Part shown: positions 13,261 through 25,900 of the stretch, piece after piece
Numbering within the stretch: the stretch's first letter is position 1
Layout: each line of letters starts with the position of its first letter
Assembly (NCBI RefSeq): GCF_964355755.1
Contig: NC_092680.1
Location: 11,408,001-11,472,000 of the forward strand
Source: Antedon mediterranea
Taxonomy: Eukaryota > Animalia > Echinodermata
Length of the DNA stretch: 64,000 bases
Direction: 5' to 3'
Notes under the pieces: model-generated
Seen by the model: the letters and a program-made list of their open reading frames with translations, nothing else
Databases searched by the model: none
Told to the model about the DNA's origin: nothing
Translations under genes and position numbers: made by a program

Positions 13261-16200
13261 GCTCAAAATGGTCAAAAACGGTTTCTAATGTGATTTTAAG
13301 CACTTTGATGTTTTTGTGTAACCAAGTTTTTTCGAAAATCACAAAATGGTCTAAAACGTCTCCAAATGCGATTTGAGGATATTCTGAGCACTTTGGTGTT
13401 TTTATGTTAAAAAGTTTTTTCGAAAATCACAAAATGGTCTAAAACGTCTCAAAATGCGATTTGAAGCTAATCTGTACACTTTGATGTTTTGTGTGAAAAA
13501 GTTTTGTCGAAATGCTCAAAATGGTCTAAAACGTTTTTAAAACGATATTAAGCTATTTTGTGCTCTTTGATGTTTTTGTGTAACCAAGTTTCATCGAAAT
13601 CAACAAAATGGTCTAATACGTCTCCAAATGCGATTTGAAGCTTTTCCAAGCACTTTGCTGTTTTTATGTTAACAAGTTTTTTCGAAAATCACAAAATGGT
13701 CTAAAACGTCTTCAAATGCGATTTGAAGCTATTCTGTAGACTTTGATGTTTTGTGTGAAAAAGTTTTGTCGAAATGCTCAAAATGGTCTAAAACGTTTTT
13801 AAATACGATATTAAGCTATTTTGTGATCTTTGATGTTTTTGTGTGAAAAGTTTTATCAAAATGCTCAAAATGGTCTGAAACGGTTTCTAATGCGATTTGA
13901 AGCTATTCTGTACACTTTGAAGTTTTGTCTGAAAAAGTTTTCTCGAAATGCTCAAAATGGTCTAAAACGTTTTTATATACCATATTAAGCTATTTTGTGC
14001 ACTTTGATGTTTTTTGTGAAAAGTTTTATCGAAATGCTCAAAATGGTCTAAAACGGTTTCTATTGGGATTTTAAGCACTTTGATGATTTTGTGTAACCAA
14101 GTTTCATCGAAATGTACAAAATGGTCTAAAACGTTTCCAAATGCGATTTGAAGCTATTCTAAGTACTTTTGTGTTTTTATGTTAACAAGTTTTTTCGAAA
14201 ATCACAAAATGGTCTAAAACGTCTTTCAAATGCGATTTGAAGCTATTCTGTACACTTTTATGTTTTGTGTGAAAAAGTTTTGTCGAAATTCTCAAAATGG
14301 TCTAAAACGTTTTTAAATACGATATTAAGCTGTTTTGTGCACTTTGATGATTTGTGTGAAAAGTTTTAACGAAATGCTCAAAATGGTCAAAAACGGTTTC
14401 TAATGTGATTTTAAGCACTTTGATGTTTTTGTGTAACCAAGTTTTTTCAAAAATCACAAAATGGTCTAAAACGTCTCCAAATGCGATTTGAAGCTTTTCT
14501 AAGCACTTTGGTGTTTTTATGTTAACAAGTTTTTTCGAAAATCACAAAATGGTCTAAAACGTCTCCAAATGCGATTTGAAGATATTCTGAGCACTTTGGT
14601 GTTTTTATGTTAAAAAGTTTTTTCGAAAATCACAAAATAGTCTAAAACGTCTCCAAATGCGATTTGAAGCTATTCTGTACACTTTGATGTTTTGTGTGAA
14701 AAAGTTTTGTCGAAATGCTCAAAATGGTCTAAAACGTTTTTAAAACGATATTAAGCTATTTTGTGCTCTTTGATGTTTTTTTGTAACCAAGTTTCATCGA
14801 AAATCACAAAATGGTCTAAAACGTCTCAAAATGCGATTTGAAGCTTTTCTAAGCAATTTGGTGTTTTTATGTTAACAAGTTTTTTCGAAAATCACGAAAT
14901 GGTCTAAAATGTCTCCAAATGCGATTTGAAGATATTCTGAGCACTTTGGTGTTTTTATGTTAAAAAGTTTTTTCGAAAATCACAAAATGGTCTAAAACGT
15001 CTCCAAATGCGATTTGAAGCTCTTCTGTACACTTTGATGTTTTGTGTGAAAAAGTTTTGTCGAAATGCTCAAAATGGTCTAAAACGTTTTCAAATACGAT
15101 ATTAAGCTGTTTTGTGCACTTTGATGATTTGTGTGAAAAGTTTTAACGAAATGCTCAAAATGGTCTAAAACGGTTTCTAATGTGATTTTAAGCACTTTGG
15201 TGTTTTTATGTTAACAAGTTTTTTCGAAAATCACAAAATGGTCTAAAACGTCTCCAAATGCGATTTGAGGATATTCTGAGCTCTTTGGTGTTTTTTTGTT
15301 AAAAAGTTTTTTCGAAAATCACAAAATGGTCTAAAACGTCTCCAAATGCGATTTGAAGCTATTCTGTACACTTTGATGTTTTGTGTGAAAAAGTTTTGTC
15401 GAAATGCTCAAAATGGTCTAAAACATTTTTAAATACGATATTAAGCTATTTTGTGATCTTTGATGTTTTTGTGTGAAAAGTTTTATCGAAATGCTCAAAA
15501 TGGTCTAAAACGGTTTCTATTGTGATTTTAAGCACTTTGATGATTTTGTGTAACCAAGTTTCATCGAAATGTACAAAATGGTCTAAAACGTCTTTAAATG
15601 CGATTTGAAGCTATTCTAAGTACTTTTGTGTTTTTATGTTAACAAGTTTTTTCGAAAATCACAAAATGGTCTAAAACGTCTTCAAATGCGATTTGAAGCT
15701 ATTCTGTACACTTTGATGTTTTGTGTGAAAAAGTTTTGTCAAAATGCTCAAAATGGTCTAAAACGTTTTTAAAACGATATTAAGCTATTTTGTGCTCTTT
15801 GATGTTTTTGTGTAACCAAGTTTCATCGAAAATCACAACATGGTCTAAAACGTCTCCAAATGCGATTTGAAGCTTTTCTAAGCACTTTGGTGTTTTTATG
15901 TTAACAAATTTTTTCGAAAATCACAAAATGGTCTAAAACGTCTCCAAATGCGATTTGAAGCTCTTCATTACACTTTGATGTTTTGTTTGAAAAAGTTTTG
16001 TCGAAATTCTCAAAATGGTCTAAAACGTTTTTAAATTCGATATTAAGCTGTTTTGTGCACTTTGATGATTTGTGTGAAAAGTTTTAACGAAATGCTCAAA
16101 ATGGTCTAAAACGGTTTCTAATGTGATTTTAAGCACTTTGATGTTTTTGTGTAACCAAGTTTTTTCGAAAATCACAAAATAGTCTAAAACGTCTCCAAAT

Positions 16201-18415
16201 GCGATTTGAAGCTTTTCTAAGCACTTTGGTGTTTTTATGTTAACAAGTTTTTTCGAAAATCACAAAATGGTCTAAAACGTCTCCAAATGCAATTTGAGGA
16301 TATTCTGAGCACTTTGGTGTTTTTTTGTTAAAAAGTTTTTTCGAAAATCACAAAATGGTCTAAAACGTCTCCAAATGCGATTTGAAGCTATTCTGTACAC
16401 TTTGATGTTTTGTGTGAAAAAGTTTTGTCGAAATGCTCAAAATGGTCTAAAACATTTTTAAATACGATATTAAGCTATTTTGTGATCTCTGATGTTTTTG
16501 TGTGAAAAGTTTTATCGAAATGCTCAAAATGGTCTAAAACGGTTTCTATTGTGATTTTAAGCACTTTGATGATTTTGTGTAACCAAGTTTCATCGAAATG
16601 TACAAAATGGTCTAAAACGTCTCCAAATGCGATTTGAAGCTATTCTAAGTACTTTTGTGTTTTTATGTTAACAAGTTTTTTCGAAAATCACAAAATGGTC
16701 TAAAACGTCTTCAAATGCGATTTGAAGCTATTCTGTACACTTTGATGTTTTGTGTGAAAAAGTTTTGTCAAAATTCTCAAAATGGTCTAAAACGTTTTTA
16801 AAACGATATTAAGCTATTTTGTGCTCTTTGATGTTTTTGTGTAACCAAGTTTCATCGAAAATCACAACATGGTCTAAAACGTCTCCAAATGCGATTTGAA
16901 GCTTTTCCAAGCTTTTTGCTGTTTTTATGTTAAGTTTTTTCGAAAATCACAAAATGGTCTAAAACGTCTTCAAATGCGATTTGAAGCTATTCTGTACACT
17001 TTGATGTTTTGTGTGAAAAAGTTTTGTCGAAATGCTCAAAATGGTCTAAAACGTTTTTAAATACGATATTAAGCTATTTTGTGATCTTTGATGTTTTTGT
17101 GTGAAAAGTTTTATCAAAATGCTCAAAATGGTCTGAAACGGTTTCTAATGCGATTTGAAGCTATTCTGTACACTTTGAAGTTTTGTGTGAAAAAGTTTTC
17201 TCGAAATGCTCAAAATGGTCTAAAACGTTTTTATATACCATATTAAGCTATTTTGTGCACTTTGATGTTTTTTTTTAAAAGTTTTATCGAAATGCTCAAA
17301 ATGGTCTAAAACGGTTTCTATTGGGATTTTAAGCACTTTGATGATTTTGTGTAACCAAGTTTCATCGAAAATCACAAAATGGTCTAAAACGTCTCCAAAT
17401 GCAATTTGAAGCTTTTCTAAGCACTTTTGTGTTTTTATGTTAACAAGTTTTTTCGAAAATCACAAAATGGTCTAAAACGTCTTCAAATGCGATTTGAAGC
17501 TATTCTGTACACTTTTATGTTTTGTGTGAAAAAGTTTTGTCGAAATTCTCAAAATGGTCTAAAACGTTTTTAAATACGATATTAAGCTGTTTTGTGCACT
17601 TTGATGATATGTGTGAAAAGTTTTAACGAAATGCTCAAAATGGTCTAAAACCGTTTCTAATGTGATTTTAAGCACTTTGATGTTTTTGTGTAACCAAGTT
17701 TTTTCGAAAATCACAAAATAGTCTAAAACGTCTCCAAATGCGATTTGAAGCTTTTCTAAGCACTTTGGTGTTTTTATGTTAACAAGTTTTTTCGAAAATC
17801 AAAAAAATGGTCTAAAACGTCTCCAAATGCGATTTGAGGATATTCTGAGCACTTTGGTGTTTTTTTGTTAAAAAGTTTTTTCGAAAATCACAAAATGGTC
17901 TAAAACGTCTCCAAATGCGATTTGAAGCTATTCTGTACACTTTGATGTTTTGTGTGAAAAAGTTTTGTCGAAATGCTCAAAATGGTCTAAAACGTTTTTA
18001 AATACGATATTAAGCTATTTTGTGATCTTTGATGTTTTTGTGTGAAAAGTTTTATCGAAATGCTCAAAATGGTCTAAAACGTTTTTAAAACGATATTAAG
18101 CTATTTTGTGCTCTTTGATGTTTTTGTGTAACCAAGTTTCATCGAAAATCACAAAATGGTCTAAAACGTCGCCAAATGCGATTTGAAGCTTTTCTAAGCA
18201 CTTTGGTGTTTTTATGTTAACAAGTTTTTTCGAAAATCACGAAATGGTCTAAAATATCTCCAAATGCGATTTGAAGATATTCTGAGCACTTTGGTGTTTT
18301 TATGTTCAAAAGTTTTTTCGAAAATCACAAAATAGTCTAAAACGTCTCCAAATGCGATTTGAAGCTATTCTGTACACTTTGATGTTTTGTGTGAAAAAGT
18401 TTTGTCGAAATGCTC

Positions 18416-19620
18416 AAAATGGTCTAAAACGTTTTTAAAACGATATTAAGCTATTTTGTGCACTTTAATGATTTGTGTGAAAAGTTTTACGAAATGCTCA
18501 AAATGGTCTAAAACGGTTTCTAATGTGATTTTAAGCACTTTGATGTTTTTGTGTAACCAAGTTTTTTCGAAAATCACAAAATGGTCTAAAACGTCTCCAA
18601 ATGCGATTTCAAGCTTTTCTAAGCACTTTGGTGTTTTTATGTTAACAAGTTTTTTCGAAAATCACAAAATAGTCTAAAACGTCTCCAAATGCGATTTGAA
18701 GCTTTTCTAAGCACTTTGGTGTTTTTATGTTAACAAGTTTTTTCGAAAATCTTGAAATGGTCTAAAATGTCTCCAAATGCGATTTGAAGCTATTCTGTAC
18801 ACTTTGATGTTTTGTGTGAAAAAGTTTTGTCGAAATGCTCAAAATGGTCTAAAACGTTTTTAAAACGATATTAAGCTATTTTGTGCACTTTAATGATTTG
18901 TGTGAAAAGTTTTACGAAATGCTCAAAATGGTCTAAAACGGTTTCTAATGTGATTTTAAGCACTTTGATGTTTTTGTGTAACCAAGTTTTTTCGAAAATC
19001 ACAAAATGGTCTAAAACGTCTCCAAATGCGATTTCAAGCTTTTCTAAGCACTTTGGTGTTTTTATGTTAACAAGTTTTTTCGAAAATCACAAAATGGTCT
19101 AAAACGTCTCCAAATGCGATTTGAAGCTTTTCTAAGCACTTTGGTGTTTTTATGTTAACAAGTTTTTTTCTAAAATCACAAAATGGTCTAAAATGTCTCC
19201 AAATGCGATTTGAAGATATTCTGAGCACTTTGGTGTTTTTATGTTAAAAAGTTTTTTCGAAAATCACAAAATGGTCTAAAACGTCTCCAAATGCGATTTG
19301 AAGCTCTTCTGTACACTTTGATGTTTTGTGTGAAAAAGATTTGTCGATATGCTCAAAATGGTCTAAAACGTTTTTAAATACGATATTAAGCTGTTTTGTG
19401 CACTTTAATGATTTGTGTGAAAAGTTTTACGAAATGCTCAAAATGGTCTAAAACGGTTTCTAATGTGATTTTAAGCACTTTGATGTTTTTGTGTAACAAA
19501 GTTTTTTCGAAAATCACAAAATGGTCTAAAACGTCTCCAAATGCGATTTCAAGCTTTTCTAAGCACTTTGGTGTTTTTATGTTAACAAGTTTTTTCGAAA
19601 ATCACAAAATGGTCTAAAAC
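18416..19620 (+). repeat. Variant 5-monomer HOR sub-array (425-bp unit followed by a 515-bp 6-monomer unit)
   Basis: Private markers cactttaatg, aagttttacg, gatttcaagc and aatcttgaa. Sizes 84+78+88+88+87=425 match the ORF-track spacing 18456 to 18881; the next spacing is 515. Confidence 0.85.
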
Positions 19621-22600
19621 GTCTCCAAATGCGATTTGAGGATATTCTGAGCACTTTGGTGTTTTTATGTTAAAAAGTTTTTTCGAAAATCACAAAATGG
19701 TCTAAAACGTCTCCAAATGCGATTTGAAGCTATTCTGTACACTTTGATGTTTTGTGTGAAAAAGTTTTGTCGAAATGCTCAAAATGGTCTAAAACGTTTT
19801 TAAATACGATATAAAGCTATTTTGTGATCTTTGATGTTTTTGTGTGAAAAGTTTTATCGAAATGCTCAAAATGGTCTAAAACGGTTTCTAATGCGATTTG
19901 AAGCTATTCTGTACCCTTTGAAGTTTTTTGTGAAAAAGTTTTCTCGAAATGCTCAAAATGGTCTAAAAAGTTTTTATATACCATATTAAGCTATTTTGTG
20001 CACTTTGATGTTTTTTGTGAAAAGTTTTATCGAAATGCTCAAAATGGTCTAAAACGGTTTCTATTGGGATTTTAAGCACTTTGATGATTTTGTGTAACCA
20101 AGTTTCATCGAAATGTACAAAATGGTTTAAAACGTCTCCAAATGCGATTTGAAGCTATTCTAAGTACTTTTGTGTTTTTATGTTAACAAGTTTTTTCGAA
20201 AATCACAAAATGGTCTAAAACGTCTTCAAATGCGATTTGAAGCTATTCTGTACACTTTTATGTTTTGTGTGAAAAAGTTTTGTCGAAATTCTCAAAATGG
20301 TCTAAAACGTTTTTAAATACGATATTAAGCTGTTTTGTGCACTTTGATGATTTGTGTGAAAAGTTTTAACGAAATGCTCAAAATGGTCAAAAACGGTTTC
20401 TAATGTGATTTTAAGCACTTTGATGTTTTTGTGTAACCAAGTTTTTTCAAAAATCACAAAATGGTCTAAAACGTCTCCAAATGCGATTTGAAGCTTTTCT
20501 AAGCACTTTGGTGTTTTTATGTTAACAAGTTTTTTCGAAAATCACAAAATGGTCTAAAACGTCTCCAAATGCGATTTGAAGATATTCTGAGCACTTTGGT
20601 GTTTTTATGTTAAAAAGTTTTTTCGAAAATCACAAAATAGTCTAAAACGTCTCCAAATGCGATTTGAAGCTATTCTGTACACTTTGATGTTTTGTGTGAA
20701 AAAGTTTTGTCGAAATGCTCAAAATGGTCTAAAACGTTTTTAAAACGATATTAAGCTATTTTGTGCTCTTTGATGTTTTTGTGTAACCAAGTTTCATCGA
20801 AAATCACAAAATGGTCTAAAACGTCTCAAAATGCGATTTGAAGCTTTTCTAAGCACTTTGGTGTTTTTATGTTAACAAGTTTTTTCGAAAATCACGAAAT
20901 GGTTTAAAATATCTCCAAATGCGATTTGAAGATATTCTGAGCACTTTGGTGTTTTTATGTTAAAAAGTTTTTTCGAAAATCACAAAATGGTCTAAAACGT
21001 CTCCAAATGCGATTTGAAGCTCTTCTGTACACTTTGACGTTTTGTGTGAAAAAGTTTTGTCGAAATGCTCAAAATGGTCTAAAACGTTTTCAAATACGAT
21101 ATTAAGCTGTTTTGTGCACTTTGATGATTTGTGTGAAAAGTTTTAACGAAATCCTCAAAATGGTCTAAAACGGTTTCTAATGTGATTTTAAGCACTTTGA
21201 TGTTTTTGTGTAACCAAGTTTTATCGAAAATCACAAAATAGTCTAAAACGTCTCCAAATGCGATTTGAAGCTTTTCTAAGCACTTTGGTGTTTTTATGTT
21301 AACAAGTTTTTTCGAAAATCACAAAATGGTCTAAAACGTCTCCAAATGCGATTTGAGGATATTCTGAGCACTTTGGTGTTTTTTTGTTAAAAAGTTTTTT
21401 CGAAAATCACAAAATGGTCTAAAACGTCTCCAAATGCGATTTGAAGCTATTCTGTACACTTTGATGTTTTGTGTGAAAAAGTTTTGTCGAAATGCTCAAA
21501 ATGGTCTAAAACATTTTTAAATACGATATTAAGCTATTTTGTGATCTTTGATGTTTTTGTGTGAAAAGTTTTATCGAAATGCTCAAAATGGTCTAAAACG
21601 GTTTCTATTGTGATTTTAAGCACTTTGATGATTTTGTGTAACCAAGTTTCATCGAAATGTACAAAATGGTCTAAAACGTCTCCAAATGCGATTTGAAGCT
21701 ATTCTAAGTACTTTTGTGTTTTTATGTTAACAAGTTTTTTCGAAAATAACAAAATGGTCTAAAACGTCTTCAAATGCGATTTGAAGCTATTCTGTACACT
21801 TTGATGTTTTGTGTGAAAAAGTTTTGTCAAAATTCTCAAAATGGTCTAAAACGTTTTTAAATTCGATATTAAGCTGTTTTGTGCACTTTGATGATTTGTG
21901 TGAAAAGTTTTAACGAAATGCTCAAAATGGTCAAAAACGGTTTCTAATGTGATTTTAAGCACTTTGATGTTTTTGTGTAACCAAGTTTTTTCAAAAATCA
22001 CAAAATGGTCTAAAACGTCTCCAAATGCGATTTGAAGCTTTTCTAAGCACTTTGGTGTTTTTATGTTAACAAGTTTTTTCGAAAATCACAAAATGGTCTA
22101 AAACGTCTCAAAATGCGATTTGAAGCTAATCTGTACACTTTGATGTTTTGTGTGAAAAAGTTTTGTCGAAATGCTCAAAATGGTCTAAAACGTTTTTAAA
22201 ACGATATTAAGCTATTTTGTGCTCTTTGATGTTTTTGTGTAACCAAGTTTCATCGAAATGTACAAAATGGTCTAAAACGTCTTTAAATGCGATTTGAAGC
22301 TATTCTAAGTACTTTTGTGTTTTTATGTTAACAAGTTTTTTCGAAAATCACAAAATGGTCTAAAACGTCTTCAAATGCGATTTGAAGCTATTCTGTACAC
22401 TTTGATGTTTTGTGTGAAAAAGTTTTGTCAAAATGCTCAAAATGGTCTAAAACGTTTTTAAAACGATATTAAGCTATTTTGTGCTCTTTGATGTTTTTGT
22501 GTAACCAAGTTTCATCGAAAATCACAACATGGTCTAAAACGTCTCCAAATGCGATTTGAAGCTTTTCTAAGCACTTTGGTGTTTTTATGTTAACAAGTTT

Positions 22601-22959
22601 TTTCGAAAATCACAAAATGGTCTAAAACGTCTCCAAATGCGATTTGAAGCTCTTCAGTACACTTTGATGTTTTGTTTGAAAAAGTTTTGTCGAAATTCTC
22701 AAAATGGTCTAAAACGTTTTTAAATTCGATATTAAGCTGTTTTGTGCACTTTGATGATTTGTGTGAAAAGTTTTAACGAAATGCTCAAAATGGTCTAAAA
22801 CGGTTTCTAATGTGATTTTAAGCACTTTGATGTTTTTGTGTAACCAAGTTTTTTCGAAAATCACAAAATAGTCTAAAACGTCTCCAAATGCGATTTGAAG
22901 CTTTTCTAAGCACTTTGGTGTTTTTATGTTAAGTTTTTTCGAAAATCACAAAATGGTCT

Positions 22960-25900
22960 AAAACGTCTCCAAATGCAATTTGAGGATATTCTGAGCACTT
23001 TGGTGTTTTTTTGTTAAAAAGTTTTTTCGAAAATCACAAAATGGTCTAAAACGTCTCCAAATGCGATTTGAAGCTATTCTGTACACTTTGATGTTTTGTG
23101 TGAAAAAGTTTTGTCGAAATGCTCAAAATGGTCTAAAACATTTTTAAATACGATATTAAGCTATTTTGTGATCTTTGATGTTTTTGTGTGAAAAGTTTTA
23201 TCGAAATGCTCAAAATGGTCTAAAACGGTTTCTATTGTGATTTTAAGCACTTTGATGATTTTGTGTAACCAAGTTTCATCGAAATGTACAAAATGGTCTA
23301 AAACGTCTCCAAATGCGATTTGAAGCTATTCTAAGTACTTTTGTGTTTTTATGTTAACAAGTTTTTTCGAAAATCACAAAATGGTCTAAAACGTCTTCAA
23401 ATGCGATTTGAAGCTATTCTGTACACTTTGATGTTTTGTGTGAAAAAGTTTTGTCAAAATGCTCAAAATGGTCTAAAACGTTTTTAAAACGATATTAAGC
23501 TATTTTGTGCTCTTTGATGTTTTTGTGTAACCAAGTTTCATCGAAAATCACAACATGGTCTAAAACGTCTCCAAATGCGATTTGAAGCTTTTCTAAGCAC
23601 TTTGGTGTTTTTATGTTAACAAGTTTTTTCGATAATCACAAAATGGTCTAAAACGTCTCCAAATGCGATTTGAAGCTCTTCTGTACACTTTGATGTTTTG
23701 TTTGAAAAAGTTTTGTCGAAATTTTCAAAATGGTCTAAAACGTTTTTAAATACGATATTAAGCTGTTTTGTGCACTTTGATGATTTGTGTGAAAAGTTTT
23801 AACAAATGCTCAAAATGGTCTAAAACGGTTTCTAATGTGATTTTAAGCACTTTGATGTTTTTGTGTAACCAAGTTTTTTCGAAAATCACAAAATAGTCTA
23901 AAACGTCTCCAAATGCGATTTGAAGCTTTTCTAAGCACTTTGGTGTTTTTATGTTAACAAGTTGTTTCGAAAATCACAAAATGGTCTAAAACGTCTCCAA
24001 ATGCGATTTGAGGATATTCTGAGCACTTTGGTGTTTTTTTGTTAAAAAGTTTTTTCGAAAATCACAAAATGGTCTAAAACGTCTCCAAATGCGATTTGAA
24101 GCTATTCTGTACACTTTGATGTTTTGTGTGAAAAAGTTTTGTCGAAATGCTCAAAATGGTCTAAAACGTTTTTAAATACGATATTAAGCTATTTTGTGAT
24201 CTTTGATGTTTTTGTGTGAAAAGTTTTATCGAAATGCTCAAAATGGTCTAAAACGTTTTTAAAACGATATTAAGCTATTTTGTGCTCTTTGATGTTTTTG
24301 TGTAACCAAGTTTCATCGAAAATCACAAAATGGTCTAAAACGTCGCCAAATGCGATTTGAAGCTTTTCTAAGCACTTTGGTGTTTTTATGTTAACAAGTT
24401 TTTTCGAAAATCACGAAATGGTCTAAAATATCTCCAAATGCGATTTGAAGATATTCTGAGCACTTTGGTGTTTTTATGTTAAAAAGTTTTTTCGAAAATC
24501 ACCAAATGGTCTAAAACGTCTCCAAACGCGATTTGAAGCTCTTCTGTACACTTTGATGTTTTGTGTGAAAAAGTTTTGTCGAAATTCTCAAAATGGTCTA
24601 AAACGTTTTTAAATACGATATTAAGCTGTTTTGTGCACTCTGATGATTTGTGTGAAAAGTTTTAACGAAATGCTCAAAATGGTCAAAAACGGTTTCTAAT
24701 GTGATTTTAAGCACTTTGATGTTTTTGTGTAACCAAGTTTTTTCAAAAATCACAAAATGGTCTAAAACGTCTCCAAATGCGATTTGAAGCTTTTCTAAGC
24801 ACTTTGGTGTTTTTATGTTAACAAGTTTTTTCGAAAATCACAAAATGGTCTAAAACGTCTCCAAATGCGATTTGAAGATATTCTGAGCACTTTGGTGTTT
24901 TTATGTTAAAAAGTTTTTTCGAAAATCACAAAATAGTCTAAAACGTCTCCAAATGCGATTTGAAGCTATTCTGTACACTTTGATGTTTTGTGTGAAAAAG
25001 TTTTGTCGAAATGCTCAAAATGGTCTAAAACGTTTTTAAAACGATATTAAGCTATTTTGTGCTCTTTGATGTTTTTTTGTAACCAAGTTTCATCGAAAAT
25101 CACAAAATGGTCTAAAACGTCTCAAAATGCGATTTGAAGCTCTTCTGTACACTTTGATGTTTTGTGTGAAAAAGTTTTGTCGAAATTCTCAAAATGGTCT
25201 AAAACGTTTTTAAATACGATATTAAGCTGTTTTGTGCACTCTGATGATTTGTGTGAAAAGTTTTAACGAAATGCTCAAAATGGTCAAAAACGGTTTCTAA
25301 TGTGATTTTAAGCACTTTGATGTTTTTGTGTAACCAAGTTTTTTCAAAAATCACAAAATGGTCTAAAACGTCTCCAAATGCGATTTGAAGCTTTTCTAAG
25401 CACTTTGGTGTTTTTATGTTAACAAGTTTTTTCGAAAATCACAAAATGGTCTAAAACGTCTCCAAATGCGATTTGAAGATATTCTGAGCACTTTGGTGTT
25501 TTTATGTTAAAAAGTTTTTTCGAAAATCACAAAATAGTCTAAAACGTCTCCAAATGCGATTTGAAGCTATTCTGTACACTTTGATGTTTTGTGTGAAAAA
25601 GTTTTGTCGAAATGCTCAAAATGGTCTAAAACGTTTTTAAAACGATATTAAGCTATTTTGTGCTCTTTGATGTTTTTTTGTAACCAAGTTTCATCGAAAA
25701 TCACAAAATGGTCTAAAACGTCTCAAAATGCGATTTGAAGCTTTTCTAAGCACTTTGGTGTTTTTATGTTAACAAGTTTTTTCGAAAATCACGAAATGGT
25801 CTAAAATGTCTCCAAATGCGATTTGAAGATATTCTGAGCACTTTGGTGTTTTTATCTTAACAAGTTTTTTCGAAAATCACGAAATGGTCTAAAATGTCTT

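Noticed and set aside
17795-17812. Singleton variants such as aaaaaaatgg (17801) and aatcggtc (36381)
   Set aside because: These single-copy changes, some in homopolymers, cannot be told apart from sequencing or consensus error.
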